Below are positions 13,060-23,753 of a stretch of 64,000 nucleotides of DNA, piece by piece. Source of the DNA: Saccostrea cucullata (taxonomy: Eukaryota); contig NW_026931531.1 of NCBI RefSeq assembly GCF_032062105.1, positions 372,001 to 436,000 on the forward strand. The letters are read 5' to 3'. The translations under genes and the position numbers were made by a program. Position 1 is the stretch's first letter, and every line of letters starts with the position of its first letter. The notes under the pieces are model-generated. The model was not told where the DNA came from. It did not search any database and was given only the letters and a program-made list of their open reading frames with translations.

Positions 13060-16000
13060 TTACTTTATCTTGTTAACAGTAGCGTACACTGGCTCCTGCA
13101 CAAAATCAAGTTTAAAACCCTTTTACTGCAAAATAAAAGTTCATATTAGCATTTCAAATCTTTCTTCATCTTCACTAGCCAAGGGTTTCTGATGCGCTAC
13201 TCTCCTCATAAGCCCTGGATTATGAGGAGAGTAGTGTATCAGAGACCCGAGATGGTGAAGATTATCTTTCTTAATTTATCTTTCATAAATCTCATGATCC
13301 TATATCCATATGAAATTATTACAGACTTTCAGAGTAAAACAGTATTGATAAGAAATGTGTATATATCAAGTAAATAAGCAGTATATTGATAAAAAATCTC
13401 ATTAGTCATTTTTTGATATTACATTTTTATGTAAGTGCACGTCCAGGAAAATAGTTCTGGATTAAAAGAATGAAACCTTGCTAAATTCCTCAATGATATA
13501 TTGGTACTTTTTAATTATTCCATTAACTGATACAATTTTATTCTATTAACTGATACAATTTTATTCTATTAACTGATACAATTTTCAAAGCAAGAATAGC
13601 CCATATAACTAAAGCAAGGCAAAGCATTGATTTGTTCATTAACAGCAATTTCTATGAACCTATTCACATCTTATAAATCTTATTTATAAAGGGGTTCCAA
13701 AAAAATTAGTAGAAGTATAAAATATATTAATTTGATTTACAGGTCTAATAGATAAAAGTCTGTTTTCTATATTTTTTATACTTATTAAAAGTATAATTGC
13801 TGCATGCGATCAAGCATTTAATCTGTTATATGAGCATTACATAAGCTGTATGCAGTCACACAGTCTATCGGTACATAGCATGTATGCAGTTACGCAGTAT
13901 ATCTGTCTACATGGGAATACATTGTATATACGTCTTGGCAACATATGATCAGTCTAATTTATTAATATATAATCAAAAGTCTACATCAGGTGGAATCCTT
14001 ATCAATCTTCATAATTTTGTAAAAATCAAAAATTGGAAAATTTATGAATATAGACTGTAAACCATAAAGAACTATCAATCACACCTGAAATCAAGAAGAT
14101 CTATAAGAGGACTAAAAAATACTCACAGAACCGTTCTGGACTGGTTTTGATGCGACCAGAAATCCAAAGGGATCATTAGGGTCCGACACAGGCTGCAAAA
14201 GTTAACCAGGTCATCTTAATGTTACCTTGTATGTATGCATTGTATATTAAAAAGATATATGAAGATAAACAGAAGTTATCAAAAAATGTTTCATCTGAAA
14301 ATCTGTTACATGCATTTTTAAAATACAAAATCGATACTTTAGCAATAAAGTGTTTTTATAACAGTATAACTGTTGTGCAATTGTTAATAAAGTGTGCATA
14401 TATCTGATGAAGGAAAACAGAAAATGGATTAAAGGTAGGTAAAGCCAACTAGCAAAGAAAAAAATGTCTTCTGAAAGAAAAATGGGATTCCTGCAGGAGA
14501 CATAATGATTGCACATTAAATTTTAATTTACAGTTATGATACTACCTGGTATAATACTATATTTACTACAATTAAATTTCAGAGGTGTACATGCTTTAAA
14601 ATAAGTATAAACAAATTGGTCAAAAAAATTAAACTTAATTTTATTGTTATTCCATTTGATCATGCAAAGCAGAAAAAAAAAGTTTCATACTCTTGTTGCT
14701 ACATTCATTTGCATCTTGGTCTGATGAGTGATTAAAAAATCCTTAATTGAGCAACATATCAAATTAAAATGTCAGAGATTGAAAATGATATTATAGAGAG
14801 AAAATGACAAGTTAGTAAAAAGAAACCTGCAACACTATAAAATTTGAGTATCAAAAATTTCCCACTCTTTCAAAATGCAACACACCAAACTTGGAAAACA
14901 AAAATTTAGCTTGGTAAAAAAGCATATCTATAAACATAGATTGCACATTTATTTTGTCATTTGATCCTCTAGGGAAATTCTGATTTAACTCAGCTTATAT
15001 CAAAATAAAATCATTACTCAACTAAAACTGAATTTTTTGATACTTTCCAGTCAGTACTGAGATAGCATTAATAAATTAGACACAGCAAACTTTACACCTG
15101 TCTGATTATACTTACCATATTTTTACCACCGCTAGATTTTCGATGACTGTTTTTCTTTAAATTACCACCTTTACAATTAAAGGAGTCTCCAAATGAATTA
15201 TCAAACACAGTGAAGGGATCATTTCTTGAATCACTTACAAAGTCTCCATTTTTAGTGTCTGAATTATTTTTAAATGGACTAGAAAATGGGTCACTAGAAT
15301 TCAAATTGTCAAAAGCAGAAGACCCAAATCCATCTGAATTGAAAGGATCTGTGTCTGCAAATGGGTCATTTGTTGCGAAGGGATCCTCAATTGTAAAGCT
15401 GCTGAAAGAGTCAGAGTGTGAGTCTTTGGTGCTTTGCTCTTTTGGTGGTGCTTCCTGCATGGACACGCTATTTCTAGGGGGTGGAGTTGGCATAGATGAA
15501 GGGGGAGCAGTCGGCATAGATGATGTGACATGTGACCGCGGTCGAGGCCGTGGAACTGGAGTATTACCGTTCGTGATTTGTGAATTGGATGAGAGTGATA
15601 CAGTTTTTGGCACATTTTCTGAGTTTCTTGGAGGAGGAACAGGTAGGGAGGGAAGCTGGTGTCCTGTATGAGAAGAATTAGGTCTGGGTGGGGGAGCAGG
15701 AGGAGGGGGGTCATTTGGTAAGGGAGGGGGAGGGCCTTGCGGAGAGGGTAAATCAAAGTCATCAGAATTATCAAAGTCGTTCTGATTCAGAGTGAGTTCC
15801 TCTGTAGCTTTGCTAAAAGCAGACACATTAGAAGCACTATTGGGCTGCATGTGTAAAGCGGGGGAAGACTTGAGGAAAGATGTATCAAATGGGTCAGACA
15901 ATTTACTGGTGAATGGGGAGAATTCAGCAGCTGGAAGACTCGAGTCCTCAACATTGCCAAATGGATCACTTGCCTGCTGTGGATTTTGTGTGGGCTTTTG

Positions 16001-19000
16001 CATCATTTCATTGATTGATTTTTTGGGAGGAGCATTACGCTCTGCAAATAAGTCTTTTGGAGTCTTATTTGCTTTTGTAGATCCAATGGTACACAGGTCA
16101 GCGAATGCATCCTTTGGTTGAGAGGCACTTGTTACTGGAGTGGCAAATGGATCTTCCACTTTGGTTGGCGCTAGAACAGGCTCATCAAACAAGGAGAAGT
16201 TCTGCTGTTGAGATACTTGTGGCTGTTGTTGACCTCCCCATGGAGTGCCCATTGGTTGTTGCCTTTGTGGAACTGGTGGTGGAGCAAGGCCCCCACCAAA
16301 TCCTCCCTACAAGAAAGAAAAAAATACAATTCATACAATACCTGCAATTACATGGAAGACATTGGTTCATGTAATCATAAGACAAGTAAGTACCCCTTGC
16401 TGAGCAGCAAATGGGTTTGCCTGACTGGTTGGTGGAAATGGTGTAGCTGGCTGTCCAAAGGCTCCAAAACCTTGCTGTTGCTGAGGACCACCAAATCCTG
16501 GTTGAGGGCCACCAAAAGGTTGTTGAGAACCACCAAAGCCTTGCTGTTGTTGAGGGCCACCAAACCCTGGTTGAGGACCACCAAATCCTGGCTGAGGACC
16601 ACCAAAACTCTGACCCCCTGGACCAAACAGACTCATGATATCATCTTTCTTCTTAGCAGGGGCAGGTTCACTGCTGAAGAGATTGAGTTCATCCAGGTCA
16701 GAACTGGCAGACTTGCTCTGATTGGTTTGTTCTGCCGGAGTTGATGAGGCTCCCCAGGGGTCAGAAGATGTGGCGGCAGAAGCAGGGGGTGAGGGAATAT
16801 CATCAAATAATGACTCCATCTTGTCGATCTGTTTTATTCCCTGTAAGAATTTTCAAGGTTCATTTGTCAGTAAGAACAAAAGTAGAGGACAGTGAAGTAC
16901 TGATATGAAAGATTAAATTACTAAAATATTCCTCATGCAATAAAAGTAGAAATTAAAAGTAACAACATTTCTTTTTTTGCCCTTTGTTCAAGTTTAATTT
17001 ATTTTATTTTAGTTTAGCTAAATAACACAAAATAATGATATACAATTCCTGCACACTCAGTAATATGTTATTATATAATCATTATGTACATGTACAAGGG
17101 TTGTCCTTAAAAAACAAAGAGCAAATGTTTATAATTTTTTAACCTTGCAACAAATACTAACCAAATTTTGCACAGACATAATACATTCAATGTTCTTTAA
17201 AATTATGAATTTTTAAATATATATCTTTCATATTAATAACATTAGGACGATTTAGGCCGATAAGGCCTTCGGCGCACAAACAAAATTAAGAATAATTTAC
17301 ACATATAACTATTACATTTGCTTTATTTCTTTCGTACTGTGTAATACATTGAACTCAAATTTAAATCACTGAAATTACACAAAGCAAATACAAAATTTCA
17401 TATAAAGTGCTTTAGAATTCAATGAAACATGATTTTCATTGTGTAGGATATTTTGATGAAAATGATGTATAAACATTTATACCGGCGCACATATTACTAA
17501 ATTGTGTTGGATATGGTCTATATACCAAATTGACTACAAATTTCATTTGCAAACAGAAGTGACATTACACACCAATGTGTAATAAAGATAATGCTTAAAT
17601 GGCACAATATTCAAGGAAAGTTTTTCCTTTATACCGAAAATAGTTACTCATTGCAGTATTCAGTTTACAAGCGCAACAATTAGTAACAAGTTATCTCTCT
17701 TTGCAAACAATGTGTATTCTTATATAAATGTAAGGCGATCTACCCCACCACCTAAATTTCAACTGAAATTTGAATTTGGAAAAAACAAGCATCAAAAAAC
17801 AAACGGACACTAGTGAATTTACCATAAGTCCAAATTTGAACAAGAGTGGTCTATCCATAAAAAAATATATTGAAAAAATGTTAAATTTGTAACGCGAGTG
17901 AAGACAAAGAGATCATGATGATTATAAAAGACGTAACCCGCAAATCCTTGCGGGGCCGGTGTACACTTACATTCTTTTTTATTTTTACCTTTTTTCAAGT
18001 TTAATCATGAAACATGAAATGCTTATAAAATTTACTTTTTAAATAACACAAAATAAATTTAATTCCTGCAGAGAGAAATATGTTATTATATAGTCATTAC
18101 GTACATGTCTATTTTTCCTACTTCTACTTTTTATTACCTGTTCAATGCTGACTAACTCTGTCTGTAGAGCTGACAAATCTGTGGGTTCTTTTTCTACGGG
18201 AGCATTGTTTGGTGGAACCTGACAAATATCAATAAGTCAGTATTAAAAGTATAATATATTATTATACATATAATATCGAAATATTTTTCATTTTTGTTTT
18301 TGGTATCTATCTGAATCAACTGATAATTTTCTTTTGGTAGTTATAAATTAATTTACCCAGTACAGTAAAACAGCCTTGTAGCAATCAAGCTTATAATGAA
18401 ATGACACTTAAAACAAGGTGAGGTTCATTCCCATGACTTTTGAATACATTGTGAAATTAGCAGATACATGTGTTTAACAAAGCAATTGTTTGTCACAGGT
18501 ACTATGTACATGTAAGCCTTTTTTATTACTGTATATATATTTGATTCATTTAAAGTTCATTTTATCATAATTTCCATCAGTATCATTATACAAGTGCAAT
18601 GAAATATTGTGTTTTATAAGTACAGAGGTAGACTTTCAGTCAGAATGTTAGTTTTTAATGAAGTGTCATTTTAGTCTGACAGTTGATGTTATCTGAATCA
18701 TTATGTTAATGGGAGATATTACACACATTATAAATTCATGTGATTATGAATATGGGTAGTTGTTAACAACATCTTGGCATCAACTTTATATAAGTTTTGA
18801 AGAATTTTCAAAATAATATACGTAAAAATTTAAAACAAACTGGTGAACTACTGGTAGATAACAAATACAACGTCAAGAAATGAATTTTTGGTAAATTTTG
18901 CCTTCATGGATCTGTAGAGGTATAAAGAAGAGCTTTTACTTGTTTAACTAAACTAATCTTAACTTGTTAAAATAAACTAAGGATAATATACCTGCAAATA

Positions 19001-22000
19001 AAATTTTGAAGCACAGAGCTTATGTACATGGTAAGCACACTTCCTAGTCCTAATAACTAGCCAGAAGTAAAGTTTGCTACTGTAAGCATTGGCTCCCTAA
19101 GTTATGACCTCCTTCACACTTTTAAAAGGCACTTATATTCATAAGCATCCAATGTTTATCAATTACAATATACTAAGTTATGACCTGAACAAAACTCCAA
19201 GAACAGAAGGATGGAGAGACAGATGGGCAGAGTGATTCCTACCCCTCCCCCCTTTCCAACTCAGTTTGCAGGGGCATAATATAATTTAAACATGCAACTA
19301 AAGAGCTCTCAATATTGATATGTTTTTGGTTTAAAACAAGAAGAATCTTTGGAGACAAGATAGACTATTTTTTTTCATTCAAAGCCTTGATTTCATTTAA
19401 GGATAATTTTTTGTGTTAATTATTAATATCAGAGAAAGAGAAAGATAACTAAGACCAATCACACTCAGATTCAGAAAACTAAGTATCAAGAAATTAATAA
19501 AGCATCTATAGCTACTGGAACAAAACTTACTTCATATATAGGCTCATCTACCTCATGCTCACCGGAGTTGTCCTAGTGATTTTATGTGAACAAGTTTACA
19601 AGGAAGCCACGAAAATCTAATACTAAGAATACTAAGGTCATGTACTATGTACCGGTACATGTACTGGATCAACAAACTACATCATTAATCGATCACAATT
19701 GTCTAAAATTTATAACAGCACTCTAGGTCTATATGTCTAACATTAAATGTACATTATCAATTGATTTCATAAAGGCTTCAGAGCTGTGAGAGTTTTACCT
19801 TTGAGTCTGGTTCATCATCTGTGGATGACTCTGTGGTTAATTCACCACCAAGTTGTACAACTGAATCAAAAAGATTATAGAGATTATATCAATGGTTTAA
19901 TATTTTTTATATTAAAAGAAGGAAGAAAAATAGTAAACATATAGGTATCTACCCAAAAAAGTGACCTTTAAAATGAAGGTAAAATTTTAAATCAATCAAT
20001 CCTTCAACTTCCTCTTTATACAAAATTTACAATAATAGATGAGACAATGAATTCTTCAAAATACCAATAAACATTTATTTTACACATAATCATTTATTCT
20101 TCTAACCAAACTGCACAATATGATTGATTGATAATGTTAAATATTCATGAAACAAAAAATTTGAATTTTACAGAATTCTTTCAAGCTAACAAAGATTTCT
20201 TCTGTAACTTCAATCTCTGACGTTGGTGAATCAAATCACTGTTCCAGAACATGCATTGATGAAATTGTCATTGTACGACAAATACTAAATTCATCTCTTG
20301 AATTTTTTTGAGCTGGCATACTAGTTTGGTTTCAATAAATAATAACAAGCTCAAGGGAAGAACCACCTCCATTAGCTTTAAGATGGCCATTCATCAAAAA
20401 TTCATACAACACCCTATGCAGTCTAAACATATTTGGTGGTTTAAATCCCTAGATGCATCACTGATGCAAGTTTGGCCCAAACATAAATAAATATTATACT
20501 GGTCGCTCTTCTGGAACGTACAGGTCAGACACAGCATAGTCTGTATCTTAAATTGTATCACAAAATTAAGTCTACCCTAAGGCCTACATGTACCTTCTCA
20601 GGAACAGACTAGCTCCTAGCACATTAACATCAAAATTTGGTCAATCACCTGGAAAATGTTGGTCGAATGCAGAAACTCCTACCAGTCTGGTAGTATCCAT
20701 CCCTACATGTGATATCCATGCAAGTTTAGTTATGACAGACCTAATACAATGAACTTAAAGGGAAATGAGAATATTGGACCTGACCAAAAAAACTTTTAAC
20801 CCAGACAGACAGTGATAAAGCTCCTCCCTATGGTGACCGATTGTTAACCAGGGAATGACTATTGTGTTTGGACTGCTTACCATTGTTTGGCATTTCTTAC
20901 CAGGGAATGACTATTGTTTTTGGACTGCTTACCATTGCTTGGCCTTTCTTCTTTCGGTTTGTCATCTGTCTGTTGTTTGGCAGCCTCCATCTCTTTCTTC
21001 TTGTTTTCATACACCACTTGGAAGAGGTCTCTCAGGGTCAACACCACATTTTCTGCCTACAATATTTTTTGAAATTTCATAAAATTCATTTACCGGGGTA
21101 TTTATAGAAAATTGGAGTGACGTCTTCTTCAAACTGTGTTAGAAGTACTCCAAGCAAGCAAGAACTTACAGACAGTGCTTGATATCATGGAAAAGAACAA
21201 AATTGCAACACTTACCGCTTTTTCTGTTTTGATTCCAAAGAATTTATGAGTTCTATCCTCTGTCCCAAATATATAACCAAATGCTCGTCTGTCACTCACA
21301 TCCCGAGAAATGAAAGAGATCTTATGAACAGGATGATGGTGCAATAATGTCTGAAATACAAGGTCTTTGGATGAAGTAATGCAGAGAATTTAAAATGCAC
21401 CATTACTCATAGAAATTTAGGGAGGTAAATAATTTTTGTGGAACACAATTTTTTGCTGTTTTTGAGGGTAGAGAGAGCATGATGATAGTACTCACAGCTG
21501 TTCTTAGGTCAATGAGTTTGATCCCCTCCTCTGAAATGTTAATTATAATTCTCTGCTTGTGTTGACCAGCAGCCTTGACCGCCATTTTCTGAGCCAGAAT
21601 GGTTTCCTGACACATCCTGTCCCCCCTGGCGTCGGCGACATCGCTCACTCCAATCAGCTTGGCATTGAACACCACGCCCTCACCTTTAAATCGGAACGGG
21701 TCATTCCTAGGATCTGCATTAAGAAAATGTAAAATTAATATCTGTGTCAAATACATACAGGAATAACTTTCATACTTCAATTTCACAATCCTCATTGCCG
21801 TATTTATTTACATTCCAGATTTTCATAGTACATAATTGTAGACAACACATTTCCTTTGAACCAAAACAACTTATTGTTTCCTGTCCCACTGGATTTATTT
21901 CAAACACCAGCCTAACAAAATCCTTCTCTTCTATTTCCCTTTTTATGAGTTCAGCTAATATTCATACTCAGGTAACAATTAGAAGCTATCAAGTACAACA

Positions 22001-23753
22001 AACAATTATCATCTTTGGTTATCTTACCTGTACTTATACTTCCAGTATCTGACTGCAAACGAAGAAATGAAGACATATTGATACAAACCACCTCCAACAG
22101 TGATTATTTCACTCTACATTCTCACTGAGCAATACTTACAGTGTATAAGTTTTATATATTAAACAAACAAAGTATGTAAATCACCTGCTTTAAAGGAAGT
22201 TTTTCTTCTTATTCAGAATTATCACAAGATTGTCATTCTATCGTTAATAGTCTAAGGTTCATTTTATATTATACGATGTCTAGTCATCTTTATACTTTAC
22301 GTGTACAAGTAACTGTCCTTGTTGCAAGTCTTAGTGTGTGGTAAGTTTCTGCAATTTCCTAAGTGATATGTAATCAATTTTGTTTGTTTTGCTTTGGTCA
22401 TTTACTTGTCAGGGGCATGGAAAGATTTATTAATTACTGAACAGACATATCTAAATTCCTCTACAGGAGGTTTATGCTATAGTTTAAGTTACCTACCTAG
22501 GGATGGTTTTTCTTATAGTTTAGTTTACCTACCTACAGGAGGTTTTGTAACCTAAGTTATTTACCCATCGAAGGTTCCTGTAATAGTCTAGATAACCTAC
22601 CTACAGGTTTCTGTAATAGTTACCTACCTACAGGAGGTTTCTGTAATAGTTACCTACCTACAGGAGGTTTCTGTAATAGTTACCTACCTACAGGAGGTTT
22701 CTGTAATAGTTACCTACCTACAGGAGGTTGTTGTAATAGTTACCTACCTACAGGAGGTTTCTGTAATAGTTACCTATGTTACATGAGGTTTATGTAATAG
22801 TTTACCTACAGGATGTTTATGTAATAGTTACCTACCTATATGATGTTTTTTGTTATAGTTACCTACCTACAGGAGGTTTCTGTAATAGTTACCTACCTAC
22901 AGGAGGTTTATGTAATAGTTCCCTACCTACAGGAGGTTGTTGTAATGGTTATCTACCTACAGGAGGTTTATGTAATAGTTACCTATCTACATGAGGTTTA
23001 TGTAATAGTTACCTACCTATAGGAGGTTTCTGTAATAGTTACCTATCTACATGAGGTTTTTTGTAATAGTTACCTACCTACAGGAAGTTTATGTAATAGT
23101 TACCTATCTACATGAGGTTTATGTAATAGTTACCTACCTACAGGTGGTTGTTGTAATAATTACCTACCTACAGGAGGTTTATGTAATATTAACCTACCTA
23201 CAGGAGGTTTTTGTAATAGTTATCTACCTACAGGAGGTTTATGTAATAGTCTAGGTTACCTTCCTACAGGGGGTTCCTGTAATAGTTAGGTTACCTACCT
23301 ACAGGAAGTTTCTGTAATAGTTACCTACCTACAGGAGGTTTCTGTCATAGTTACCTACCTACAGGAGGTTTTTGTAACAGTCTATTTTACATGTACCTAC
23401 AGGAGGTTTTTGTATTATTTACCTGTCTACAGGAGATTTTTGACAGTCCTTTTTTGACCTACTAACACGTTGTTGTTTTAATAGTTTTAGTTACTTACCT
23501 ACAGGAGGTTTTTTGACGGCCCGTTTTTGTTGTGGCGTGCTGTCTGTTTTAGTAACCTACCTACAGAAGTTTTTTTTTGACGGCCCTTTTTTGTTGTGGT
23601 GTGCGTCTATTATAGTCTAGGTTACCTACCTACAGGAGGTTTTTTGACGGCCCGTTTTTGTTGTGGTGTGCTGTCTGTGGGAGTGGTGGTGGTTGTGGCA
23701 GCTGCTGGTTCTGATACGGAGGTCTCAGGAGTGGATGTGGTTTCTTCAGACAT
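13060..23753 (-). CDS. DAB: Disabled (DAB1/DAB2-like) PTB-domain endocytic/signalling adaptor. Coding exons: 23630-23753, (22028-22048 micro-exon), 21496-21713, 21216-21350, 20933-21056, 19799-19860, 19531-19572, 18138-18218, 16394-16840, 15116-16306, 14127-14192, 13060-13095
   Basis: PTB domain [29 protein letters not shown]...[24 protein letters not shown]...[27 protein letters not shown], as in DAB1/2. It is followed by many DPF motifs, DPW, NPF and a proline-rich region. Exons join in phase with GT-AG boundaries; the small exons are less certain. Confidence 0.93.
17095..18060. mobile_element. Non-autonomous Tc1/mariner-like element, copy 2 (right TIR missing), in a Dab intron
   Basis: Starts TA-CAAGGGTTGTCC and is colinear with 306-1310 (e.g. 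AATACTAACCAAATTTTGCA, AATGTAAGGCGATCT, GTACACTTACATTCTTTT). Confidence 0.75.
18363..18531. mobile_element. Small TA-flanked MITE (CAGTAA..TTACTG, pogo/Tigger-like ends)
   Basis: TA-CAGTAAAAC ... TTATTACTG-TA. Confidence 0.45.
22460..23640. repeat. 30-bp minisatellite (~35 copies, GTTACCTACCTACAGGAGGTTTCTGTAATA) derived from the Dab first coding exon/intron junction
   Basis: The unit is visible directly. Its reverse complement contains AAACCTCCTGTAG|GTAGGTAAC, identical to the real donor at 23630. Confidence 0.95.

Noticed and set aside
13521-13585. Short tandem repeats (23-bp x3 here; also 2922-3002, 9661-9760, 34152-34194, 48797-49075)
   Set aside because: Ordinary local duplications with no evident functional signal.
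15210-16744. Several overlapping plus-strand ORFs of 89-178 aa
   Set aside because: These are antisense or alternative frames of large low-complexity Dab exons, with no independent gene signals.
22460-23640. CRISPR-like array, or coding repeat ORFs ([10 protein letters not shown])n
   Set aside because: The units are contiguous with no unique spacers, there are no cas genes, and the context is a eukaryotic intron. The plus-strand ORFs arise because the 30-bp period is a multiple of 3.
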